Shown: positions 1 through 7,578, counted from the stretch's first letter. The stretch: DNA of 10,236 nt from an uncultured Nitrososphaerota archaeon (GCA_964618805.1 CAZUBM010000041.1:1-10236), one strand, 5' to 3'. Notes: generated by a model not told the origin, from the sequence alone. Made by a program: numbers and translations.

Positions 1-197
1 TGCTTGGCAATACCTTGATAACCATCCTTCTCCAATCTTGTCCTGACATACTCATCATAGAACTGAATAGCCTCGTTGATCAACGTCGTCATCGGCTTTC
101 CCGTCAGTAGTTTGAGCCTGTAGAGCCTCCTCACATTCTCCGCCTCGACAAACGGTTGATAGAGCCTCTCACGCTTTGCTTTCAGACCCACCACCAT
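1..197 (-). CDS. Small putative ribbon-helix-helix-like DNA-binding protein, 3' end runs off the window (not in ORF track)
   Basis: Manual translation from ATG at 197: MVVGLKAKRERLYQPFVEAENVRRLYRLKLLTGKPMTTLINEAIQFYDEYVRTRLEKDGYQGIAK..., open to base 1. The strand-helix-'GKPMTTLINEAI' helix pattern fits RHH proteins. It overlaps the end of 169..654. Confidence 0.7.
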   Translation of the reverse strand, partial: MVVGLKAKRERLYQPFVEAENVRRLYRLKLLTGKPMTTLINEAIQFYDEYVRTRLEKDGYQGIAK

Positions 198-654
198 CAC
201 CCAACTTAAATAACCCCATCTGCTCATACTCCTTCTTGAACTCCTTGGCTTGCCTTTTCCTCACCTTCACCACTTTCTTCTGCTCCTTCCTGATCCAATG
301 CTTCAGCTCTCTCAACTTGCTCTGCTCATGATCTGAAAGCTCCTTAGGCACCCACTCATAAGCATCTGCTCCACGCTTCTTCATGTACCTGCCGGCCAGA
401 TACAGGTAGATGTTCGCCCACTCCTGGGACATTGGCAAAGCAAAGCTAGCACAATAGAGGTAAGCCAGGGCTTCGGCATCCGTAGCATAATCATCTTCCC
501 CCTTGTAGACCCTTACTATCCTTTCGATCGTTATCTGATCTTTGATCCACTTTGGGAGTGTGTCAGCCCAGCCCTCATCATACACGATCACAGGGTCGGT
601 GAAAACCTCAAGCAAGCGAGCGATGTATTCATCCAGTTTAGGGCGGTGCGACAT
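169..654 (-). CDS. Hypothetical protein (161 aa), probably mobile-element associated
   Basis: Long ORF with natural composition and motif-like blocks (FTDPVIVY..GWADTLPKW, ATDAEALAYLY.AS...PM..EW..IYLY). It is co-oriented in the operon. I recall similar proteins from Dehalococcoidia islands, but this is unverified. Confidence 0.85.
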   Translation of the reverse strand: MSHRPKLDEYIARLLEVFTDPVIVYDEGWADTLPKWIKDQITIERIVRVYKGEDDYATDAEALAYLYCASFALPMSQEWANIYLYLAGRYMKKRGADAYEWVPKELSDHEQSKLRELKHWIRKEQKKVVKVRKRQAKEFKKEYEQMGLFKLGDGGGSESKA

Positions 655-672
655 TCAATCACGATTTAGCTC

Positions 673-686
673 AAAACGGCCGTTTT
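673..686. repeat. Perfect 14-bp palindrome AAAACGGCCGTTTT
   Basis: Read directly. It lies in the 34-bp gap between 689..997 and 169..654. Confidence 0.75.
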
Positions 687-688
687 CT

Positions 689-997
689 TCATGCAGTTGC
701 AACGTAGTAGGCAGACTTGGAAACGGTCACCTTCCTAACCAACTTCCACTTTTCCTCTAGCCTCTTGAGGACTTTGCAGCAGCGCGACTTACTGATGCCT
801 GTCAGAAAAGAGATCAAGTCTATGCTCAAAGGCTCCTTTGCCTCTCTCAAAACTTTCAAGATAACACGATCATAAGGCTCAGTCTCTGGCAATTCTCTAT
901 ACTTCTCCAGAATCCTCTTTGCTCTACGCTTTGCCTCCCTATCAACGTACTCCATCAATTCCTCGAGTGTACTAAACTGGGGTTGGTGTTCTTTCAT
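689..997 (-). CDS. Winged helix-turn-helix DNA-binding protein (TrmB/IclR-like HTH)
   Basis: ILKVLREAKEPLSIDLISFLTGISKSRCCKVLKRLEEKWKLVRKV...YY is a typical wHTH with beta wing. ATGA overlap (994-997) with the upstream gene. Confidence 0.85.
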   Translation of the reverse strand: MKEHQPQFSTLEELMEYVDREAKRRAKRILEKYRELPETEPYDRVILKVLREAKEPLSIDLISFLTGISKSRCCKVLKRLEEKWKLVRKVTVSKSAYYVATA

Positions 998-1941
998 GCT
1001 TCAACACCGCAAAACTCATAAACCCTCCACCTCTTCTCCCCTATGGCTCTTACAAGCCCTTTTGCCCTAAGTCTTCTCATGTACTCCCTGAAGGTTCGTT
1101 CGCTCTTTGCCTTTTCAGCCCTCTCGACATACAGCTCATAGAGCTTGGAAGCCGGAAGCCTCTTCCTTTCCTTCATCAATTCCAAGAGTATTTGCTCGTC
1201 ATCCCTCGTCTTCTGTTCATTAATGGGATTGGGTATGTCTGGCTCTCGAACGATTCTCCTATTCTCGCTCTCAGCCCTTGCTATACAAGCTTTCAGAAGG
1301 CTTATGGCGAGGGTAACGTTGCCACCAGACTTTTCAGCGATACTACTGATGATTGTACTCTTACAGCAACCTTCGCTTAAAGCTCGTCTAGCTCTTTCTG
1401 CAAGTATCCTGTAGACCTGCTCATCCGTATACCTAGCGACATGCAAGAAGTTAGGTATTAGTGACATAGCATGTTTGCTCAGTCTTTTGAAGCTTGCCCT
1501 CTGGTTCGAGGCCAAGATTATTGTGATGCTCAGGCCGAACAGCTTATCTATTATGCTAACATCTCTTAACTCTTCGAAATGGTCTATACAAACTGTCATC
1601 CTTTTACCCATTCTCCTTAGCCTTTCAATCAGGTAGGAGTTGCTCCTAGGAATGGCACTTAAAGGGTTGAGGTTGGATAGGATTTCCTTCAGGATGCTGT
1701 TCGTGGTCTGGCATAGCACAGCATCAACATAGACTGCTCTAGCCTTGCTTATAGAGTTAAACTCCTCGATGGTTAACTTCAGCAAGGCTGTCTTTCCAGA
1801 GCCCGATGGGCCATAGATGAAAGTGTTAACGTTGTTCAGCAAAGCACGCAGGAGTTTTGCTTTCTCCTCTTCCCTGAACAAGAGCTCCTGCGGAACATAA
1901 GCATGTGACAAGACTTCTGAATCGATGAGCAAGCGTCGCAT
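994..1941 (-). CDS. Orc1/Cdc6-like AAA+ ATPase with C-terminal winged helix
   Basis: N-terminal LSHAYVPQELLFREEE (Orc1/Cdc6 'L...YVPE.L..RE' box), NTFIYGPSGSGKT Walker A, VYVDA, degenerate Walker B VCIDHFEEL, sensor-1 ILASN, YTDEQVYRILAERA helix and Cdc6-type WH (LYELY...SERTFREYMRRLRAKGLV). Confidence 0.85.
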   Translation of the reverse strand: MRRLLIDSEVLSHAYVPQELLFREEEKAKLLRALLNNVNTFIYGPSGSGKTALLKLTIEEFNSISKARAVYVDAVLCQTTNSILKEILSNLNPLSAIPRSNSYLIERLRRMGKRMTVCIDHFEELRDVSIIDKLFGLSITIILASNQRASFKRLSKHAMSLIPNFLHVARYTDEQVYRILAERARRALSEGCCKSTIISSIAEKSGGNVTLAISLLKACIARAESENRRIVREPDIPNPINEQKTRDDEQILLELMKERKRLPASKLYELYVERAEKAKSERTFREYMRRLRAKGLVRAIGEKRWRVYEFCGVEA

Positions 1942-2090
1942 GATGTAATGTTCGAGCTAAGGTTTGGAATATCTTACGAGAGTGTAGGTTTCCGTTATGC
2001 CGTTAGACAAGGTTGACCTCTCGGCGTCACGGATTCTCAACTACGGGTAAACGAAATGTGTGGCCAGTGCATTTCTTAAACTTGATACGC

Positions 2091-2621
2091 TTGAACCAAG
2101 ACGAAGAACTGGCCCGCCTAGAAGCGATGGAGAGCTACATTCGCTACAAAGCATTCTACTTTGCAGAAGAAGACCCCATGACACAGGAAGACCTAGCTCA
2201 AGAAGCAAGGGAAGCTATCATCAAAGCGTTGAGAAAAGACCATTATCCGAGGAGCTATCTCAGAAAGGTTGTGCAGGGGGCGATGATCCACTATCTTCGG
2301 CAGGGAAGGAGCGTGGATTACCACAGGCCTCGTCAAACTCAAGAGTATAGGATAATGAGCCTCGATAGGTCGATCGGAGATGGCACTCCATTGGAAGAGG
2401 TCATCCACGTAAGGGGTAGTTTTGAGGACATGGCAGACGCGAGGATGATGCTCAACCAGTTGGAAGCTTATCTCAATGAGCGTGAGAGGTATGTGTTTAA
2501 CCTGCTCAGAAAGGGATACTCACAGGCAGATGTAGCGAGGATGATGGGATGTACGAGGTCTTGGATCTACTACATAATGGAGGATATCAGGAGGAAGGCA
2601 AAAGAAGTGTGGAGAATCTAA
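2091..2621 (+). CDS. Sigma-70 family (ECF-like, regions 2 and 4) RNA polymerase sigma factor
   Basis: Region 2-like QEDLAQEAREAIIKAL...SYLRKVVQGAMIHYLR. Region 4 HTH LNERERYVFNLLRKGYSQADVARMMGCTRSWIYYIMEDIRRK. Start uncertain: TTG 2013, TTG 2091 or ATG 2127, with no clear SD. Confidence 0.85.
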   Translation: MNQDEELARLEAMESYIRYKAFYFAEEDPMTQEDLAQEAREAIIKALRKDHYPRSYLRKVVQGAMIHYLRQGRSVDYHRPRQTQEYRIMSLDRSIGDGTPLEEVIHVRGSFEDMADARMMLNQLEAYLNERERYVFNLLRKGYSQADVARMMGCTRSWIYYIMEDIRRKAKEVWRI

Positions 2622-2684
2622 AAGCGGGAGATGAGCGGTGAAAACACAAGCCCTATGTAGAGAGGCACAAAGCATAAAGGTGAG

Positions 2685-2706
2685 GCTCAAATGGTAACAT
2701 TTGAGC
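2685..2706. terminator. Perfect 9-bp-stem hairpin between convergent genes (terminator or operator)
   Basis: GCTCAAATG-GTAA-CATTTGAGC, followed by only a short T tract (TTCT). Confidence 0.45.
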
Positions 2707-2768
2707 TTCTAAATGGCTCCATAATTCGATAGCGATATAGGTTAAAGGCTTTGAGATTCACCTAGAAT

Positions 2769-3251
2769 TTACACTTCAACTATTAATGCTTCTGCTTGCT
2801 CACCTATCTTCTGGGCAATTATCTGCGCTTTCTCAAGATGCTCCCCCATCTTCTGCTCAGTAAGTTTACCTTGCTCATGTAAATCTCTGATCTGCTCCAC
2901 GATCGATGCATATTCGGAGAACAGCTCGCCTATTTTAGCATCTCTTATAGTTATTGAAGCTATACTGGCCGCAACAACAGTATTAACACTTACCTTAGCA
3001 TACTGAGCTAAATCCGTTCGGCCTTGGCGAAGCCCTTCTGCCATAAATCTTAAATGAGTTAATGATTGACCGAGTAGATTCAATAGAGAATCGACTTGCG
3101 TTTCCAAACGTTCTTTCTTCCATTGCAACCTTAGATCATGCAAGGCCCATTGCCTCTGTTTCCATTGCAACAAGAAAGTTCCAAGACTGCCAATAATAAC
3201 CCCTAAAAGACTACTAAGAGCGGGAATAAATGTTAACCATGGCCTATCCAT
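2769..3251 (-). CDS. Hypothetical protein with a single N-terminal transmembrane helix and helical C-terminal domain
   Basis: Hydrophobic FIPALSSLLGVIIGSLGTFLL followed by WKQRQW. SD-like GAGGT shortly upstream of the ATG. Confidence 0.8.
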   Translation of the reverse strand: MDRPWLTFIPALSSLLGVIIGSLGTFLLQWKQRQWALHDLRLQWKKERLETQVDSLLNLLGQSLTHLRFMAEGLRQGRTDLAQYAKVSVNTVVAASIASITIRDAKIGELFSEYASIVEQIRDLHEQGKLTEQKMGEHLEKAQIIAQKIGEQAEALIVEV

Positions 3252-3287
3252 TTCCCTACCTCTAATTTTAAAAACACTGCGAGAAGA

Positions 3288-3523
3288 CTCATGGTTCGCT
3301 CATTTTTGAGGGACTTTCGCAGATTTGGGGCTTGGCAAGCGCTGATTCTTAAGCATTGTGATTTACTTCAAGCTTGCCAAAGCCATTTCCCCCTACTTCT
3401 TTGCAAGCAGTGTACTTCTTGGTGGGGCATCAGCCCAAATTCGCCCTAAAAATGAGCAATATGTTGCTCTGAAGTGGAGACAAAATCCTATAATATGCCT
3501 CAAAAAAATGAGCGAACGGGGAG
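3288..3523. mobile_element. MITE-like non-coding element with imperfect terminal inverted repeats
   Basis: Left end CTCatgGTTCGCTCATTTTTGAGG (3288-3311). Right end reverse complement CTCcccGTTCGCTCATTTTTTTGAGG (3498-3523). Internal inverted repeats are present. Flanks AGAAGA/AAAAGA may be a decayed target duplication. Confidence 0.55.
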
Positions 3524-3825
3524 AAAAGAGGTTTATTAAGCCCAATGTAAGCAAAGGTTGTGTAAGTTTCATAGACCAAGATAAATCATTTGGCGGTCTC
3601 CCTGCAAAGCGTTGCCGCAATCAGGATGAATGCCACCTGTAAGGTCAGAGCGCAATGCAATGCCTCCGTCGTACCACACTGTGCTTGCGAATGTTGGGCG
3701 TCTTTGCACATGATACTCATTTTGACCCATCAACGGGAAGTATGGTTGTAGTATTAGAGCGGTAATGATCACCAGCAACGAGAGGGAGACTCAATTATTT
3801 AAGCTTTAATAAACAACATATACAC

Positions 3826-4134
3826 ATGTGTCAGGACATGTATCAGGTAAAAAGAGAAGACTGCAATAAGTTAACCAAAGGATCCTGTGAAGGATGTCCA
3901 ATTTATGGAGAGTTTCTTGAGGCGATGAGGCGAGATGCTTGGGAAAGAACTGGCAAGCCTGCTGGACTTCCCTTCGATTGGTTTACAAAATTATATACAT
4001 GGGGTCCAAGAGCTCAAGAAGTAGTCAAAAAGTGTCCTCCTGAAGCCCGTCCAGATTACCCTCAAGATGGTGAGACATTTGACGAAATGATGGAAAGAGT
4101 AGGAAAAGATTTAAGAAGGTACGCAATAAAATAA
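3826..4134 (+). CDS. Hypothetical protein (102 aa) with N-terminal Cys cluster
   Basis: Protein-like composition with C-x7-C-x2-C. It fills the space up to the convergent STAND stop. No clear SD, so the start is uncertain. Confidence 0.6.
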   Translation: MCQDMYQVKREDCNKLTKGSCEGCPIYGEFLEAMRRDAWERTGKPAGLPFDWFTKLYTWGPRAQEVVKKCPPEARPDYPQDGETFDEMMERVGKDLRRYAIK

Positions 4135-4140
4135 GCCCAC

Positions 4141-6666
4141 TTAACTTTTGTTTTCTCCCTGCTGCTGCTTCTCCTCAAGATGTCTATAGTAACTCTCCGT
4201 TATAGAGTACATGTACTTGGCTCCTGCAGCTTTGTATACATTGAGGGCTTTGCGAGCATATTCTTTTGCCTCATCTATTCTCCCTAAGTGCTCCTCGATC
4301 TCGGCCCGAAGTTTGAGAGCGTAGGCATAGGCTGAAGAAGGAGGGGATATCTCTTGAGCTAGTTGAAGCGATTGATCTGAGCGTTGCCAAGCTTCTCGCC
4401 ATATTCCCAATGCGGCATACACCAAGGCCGTTTCACTTAGTCCTTCAACAATATCATCCAAGTACCCTAGTTCTCTACGAAGTTCTAGTGACTCCTCAAG
4501 GATTGTACGGGCCTCTAAAAGTTTATTTTGTCTATCCTTACCCTTTAAGAGCTGTGCTTGTCTATATTTTACAAGTCCTAATGAGGATTTTGTATAAGCT
4601 ATCCATTGCTTCCGCTCGCATTCTAGCCACAACTCTGAAGATTGAATGAAGAGTTTACTAGCCTTGTCTAATTCTCCCCTTTCCCTAGCCATTCGGCCCA
4701 TGTTATACAAAGCTAATGCCTGGACTTCTGGATATCCCATCTTCTTTGCAAATTCTAATTGCTTAGTAAAAAGCTCCTCAGCTTTTCGCTCCTCTCCGAG
4801 GACTAAATATGTCCACCCAATGTCAAACACCTCAAACCAGGCTTTCTTCCTTTCCTCACCCAACGCTTGGCAAGCGACGCATGCTTCCTTTCCCCACCTA
4901 AGGCGTTCATCAAGATACCGCAAGATACCTAACGATTGGCCTATCAGGTCAAAAAGATCTATTATGTAGCGCCAAGCTTCGTATGGACGACACCCTTCAC
5001 ATTCAAAATTGGCGTCTGCAAGAGCACGACATCCTTGCAGGGTCGCGAGCACGTTCCATTTCTCATCCCCCCTTCCTTCTCTAAGGAACCTCAGCTTTTG
5101 ATCTATTGTGGGCCTTTCCTTCAAAGCTTGAATGTAGTAATTGGCTAAACCCACGTAGGCTTTGGCAGTGAACTCCGAGAGACTTATGCCATCAATGGGC
5201 CCTTTCTGTTTTTTCAAGAACTCATGGGCAGATGTACTGCGAAGCATGAATCGTGAATCGGACCTAGTAACGAAGTTGAAGTTACATAGAGTACCTAAAC
5301 CATGTAAAGCCTGAGATGAATCCAATTGACTCGCAGCAGTGATAGCCTCTATGGATGCTGAAAAGGGGACAAATATAGGCATAACATGCAATACTTGCTT
5401 AGCTTCTCTCCCTAATCGCTTGTAAGCCTCACCCCACATAAAATCCAATACTACTTTATCCTTAACGAACTTCTTGATAGCTTCCTTCAAGGGGAATTCA
5501 GTGCTTTTCATTAATCTTAGAGTGAGGTTTATGGCTAAAGGATTACCTTTAGTAGCCTTATATAAATCCCGTTTTTCCTCCTCAGTTAAAATATCTAAGC
5601 TTTGCAATGTGCAAACCTGATCCATCAATTCAGAGGCCTCATCAAAGCTCAGACCAGAGATGTCAACGATTTGGTCTCCGATGTTAAATATCCTTCGACT
5701 AGTAAGAAGAACCTTGCTCGGCCCTTTATATTGCCTTAGAAATATACGGAGTTGATCTAAAGCATCAGGGTCAAACTCCTCCAAGTTATCAATGATTATG
5801 AGGCAATTGCGATTTTTCAAGAGATCATTGACAATTTCGAGCTTCCTATTAAAGCCATTAGGCCCTGACACAGCACGATATTCGAGGATGTGCGCGATAG
5901 TATCTAATACGCCCTCACATGAAGTGACCGTTTTGATGTAGGGGACCTGAGCAAATGAAGGGACTTGCTCTGCTCGCACTACGAGTACCTTCTTCTTTGC
6001 TGAAGCCCAGATGATTGCCTCAAAGAGTCTTCGTTCTTTACATCTTCTTCCCACCTCGTAGGCCAAGGCGGTTTTTCCTACTCCTGGAGGACCATTCAAA
6101 GTTATAATCCAAGGCTTTCCCCTAAGCATTTCGATAATTATCTCTGCAAGCTTATCCTCCTTCTTGTATCCTGGGATAATGGGTTTATCTTCGAACCGAT
6201 TGTATCGCTCAATATATTGGGCAAAAATAAATGATTGAGGAGGCAAATTATCCTTAACCACAACAGCTAGCCGTGTTTCCTCTTCCCATTCCCAGATTGT
6301 AGCAGCTATCTCCTCTCCAGCGAGACGCTTTAGTTCTTGGAATGTAGCTCTTTCTACACCAATCCTGTCGGCAACCGTTCTCCACCTTTCCCCTCTTTTA
6401 TAAAAATCCCTAAGAAGGATGTATATTCGCCAAGGCTGTGTGTTTAAATCTTCTGGAAATGACGGTTGCTGAGCATCTATAGCCTCCCACAGCAAGCTTT
6501 TTAAATTGTTGCCAAGATAAACTGGACTTCGATCGGGGGAGGAGAGCATACGGTTCTCCAGTATTTTGAGGCTCGTAAGCCTCCTAAGACCCGCCAATTC
6601 TCTATACCGATTCAACCTAGCTAGTTTTAATGCTTTTCTAATATCCTTTACAAATTCTTCATTCAT
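4141..6666 (-). CDS. STAND NTPase: N-terminal HTH-containing domain, NB-ARC, C-terminal TPR repeats (~841 aa)
   Basis: Walker A GPPGVGKT, Walker B LIIIDNLE, VLLTSRR, GxP motif KGNPLAI, TPR-like repeats (ALALYNMGRMARERGELDKA, AYTKSSLGLV, AYALKLRAEIEEHLGRIDEA) and HTH WRTVADRIGVERATFQELK. Start placed at ATG 6666 (SD GGGGGA; alternative ATG 6678) because a promoter lies inside the ORF-track extension to 6810. Confidence 0.92.
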   Translation of the reverse strand: MNEEFVKDIRKALKLARLNRYRELAGLRRLTSLKILENRMLSSPDRSPVYLGNNLKSLLWEAIDAQQPSFPEDLNTQPWRIYILLRDFYKRGERWRTVADRIGVERATFQELKRLAGEEIAATIWEWEEETRLAVVVKDNLPPQSFIFAQYIERYNRFEDKPIIPGYKKEDKLAEIIIEMLRGKPWIITLNGPPGVGKTALAYEVGRRCKERRLFEAIIWASAKKKVLVVRAEQVPSFAQVPYIKTVTSCEGVLDTIAHILEYRAVSGPNGFNRKLEIVNDLLKNRNCLIIIDNLEEFDPDALDQLRIFLRQYKGPSKVLLTSRRIFNIGDQIVDISGLSFDEASELMDQVCTLQSLDILTEEEKRDLYKATKGNPLAINLTLRLMKSTEFPLKEAIKKFVKDKVVLDFMWGEAYKRLGREAKQVLHVMPIFVPFSASIEAITAASQLDSSQALHGLGTLCNFNFVTRSDSRFMLRSTSAHEFLKKQKGPIDGISLSEFTAKAYVGLANYYIQALKERPTIDQKLRFLREGRGDEKWNVLATLQGCRALADANFECEGCRPYEAWRYIIDLFDLIGQSLGILRYLDERLRWGKEACVACQALGEERKKAWFEVFDIGWTYLVLGEERKAEELFTKQLEFAKKMGYPEVQALALYNMGRMARERGELDKASKLFIQSSELWLECERKQWIAYTKSSLGLVKYRQAQLLKGKDRQNKLLEARTILEESLELRRELGYLDDIVEGLSETALVYAALGIWREAWQRSDQSLQLAQEISPPSSAYAYALKLRAEIEEHLGRIDEAKEYARKALNVYKAAGAKYMYSITESYYRHLEEKQQQGENKS

Positions 6667-6706
6667 TTTTTCCCCCATGTTAACTTGAGTTTGGGAAAGT
6701 ATGAGA

Positions 6707-6744
6707 AAGAACAACCCAACAGAAGTAAGAACCCAACCCAGAAG
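6707..6744. repeat. Imperfect tandem direct repeat in the STAND gene 5' leader
   Basis: AAGAACAACCCAACAGAAG-T-AAGAACCCAACCCAGAAG. Confidence 0.6.
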
Positions 6745-6769
6745 CAACGCGGGTTTTTTTCTATCCTCA

Positions 6770-6798
6770 ATTATACCTGAAATTGCCCCCCTTGTAAA
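6770..6798 (-). promoter_or_regulatory. Sigma-70 housekeeping-type promoter for the STAND gene
   Basis: Minus strand TTTACA (6798-6793), 17-bp spacer, TATAAT (6775-6770). Confidence 0.7.
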
Positions 6799-7006
6799 TA
6801 GGTTTGGCAAAACTCAAGAAAAACTGTGGAAGATCACTGAAATTCTACTGGACCTTGTATCTAATTTCATAAGCTCCAAGCTAGCAAAATTCCAGATGCA
6901 TTAATAAATCAAAGTTCTATAATATAGCTAGAAAGCAGGAGAAACGCAATAGAAGGATTGGCCGCAGTACCCAAACATGAAATATTGGCTTTAGGAGTCT
7001 AAACTA

Positions 7007-7294
7007 ATGAACCAACAACTTATCTTGGAGTTTCTGCGAGGGGAGTTAGATTACCTTGACAGTCAGCTCAGATGGCTTTGGGATACCTTGGAACAAGCCA
7101 AAGCTAAAGGTGACGCTGATGGAGTGCAATTTTGGGAACAAGCCTTTCTATCTAAACTTAACCGATACGAAAATGTCGCTGATCAGATAACTCAGATTAC
7201 TCAGGAAACTATATTGTACCAGCAGAATATTGCACATAGAAGAAGGGGCAAAGGCTTATGCTTAGGCCGGTCGACTATTATAGACAAAAATTAG
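7007..7294 (+). CDS. Small helical hypothetical protein (95 aa)
   Basis: SD AGGAG upstream, amphipathic helices, overlaps the start of the DksA/TraR gene. Confidence 0.7.
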   Translation: MNQQLILEFLRGELDYLDSQLRWLWDTLEQAKAKGDADGVQFWEQAFLSKLNRYENVADQITQITQETILYQQNIAHRRRGKGLCLGRSTIIDKN

Positions 7295-7578
7295 AAGAGG
7301 AGAAGAAAAGAATAGAAACGTATGCCCAAAGGGATTGTGAATTCTCCGCGGACGCCACTGGACTTTGGCAAAAAATGGAACACGAGTGGCGATGCCGGGA
7401 AAAGGCAAGGCGTCTCAAAGAGATAAGAAGGGCTTTGCAAAGATTGGAAGAGGGTGTGTATGGGGTATGTGAGAGATGCGGAAGACCGATTAATCCTGAA
7501 AGGTTAGAGATTTTGCCGTGGTCCACTTTATGTGTCAAATGCAAGAATTATGAAGAAAGCCACTCTAACCAATATTAG
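7258..7578 (+). CDS. DksA/TraR C4-type zinc finger protein
   Basis: Coiled-coil followed by ALQRLEEGVYGVCERCGRPINPERLEILPWSTLCVKCK, the canonical DksA/TraR CxxC-x17-CxxC signature. Confidence 0.93.
   Translation: MLRPVDYYRQKLEEEKKRIETYAQRDCEFSADATGLWQKMEHEWRCREKARRLKEIRRALQRLEEGVYGVCERCGRPINPERLEILPWSTLCVKCKNYEESHSNQY

Noticed and set aside
121-172. TAGAGCCTC repeated at 121 and 160
   Set aside because: Explained by the repeated RLY tripeptide in the coding frame.
542-1414. Plus-strand ORFs 542..760, 1145..1414 and 1192..1380
   Set aside because: Antisense shadows of well-supported minus-strand genes, with no motifs.
1942-2090. Possible ORB (origin recognition box) or archaeal TATA upstream of the Cdc6-like gene
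   Set aside because: Only fragments such as GGAAAC and a CCGTTA duplication. No convincing TCCA..GGAAAC plus G-string or TATA/BRE.
2060-2408. ORFs 2060..2350 (+) and 2193..2408 (-)
   Set aside because: Alternative frames overlapping the sigma factor gene, with unnatural composition.
3358-3778. ORFs 3358..3642, 3393..3620 and 3569..3778
   Set aside because: Mutually overlapping, two run through the MITE-like repeats, and none has a SD or recognisable domain.
4410-5148. Plus-strand ORFs within the STAND gene
   Set aside because: Antisense shadows.
6667-6904. N-terminal TM extension of STAND (start 6810) and ORF 6701..6904
   Set aside because: Both overlap a near-consensus promoter and repeat-containing leader. 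The SD-supported ATG is at 6666.
6918-6923. TATAAT as promoter of the 7007 operon
   Set aside because: Plausible -10 but no recognisable -35 at 16-18 bp, so not called. It could be activator-dependent.
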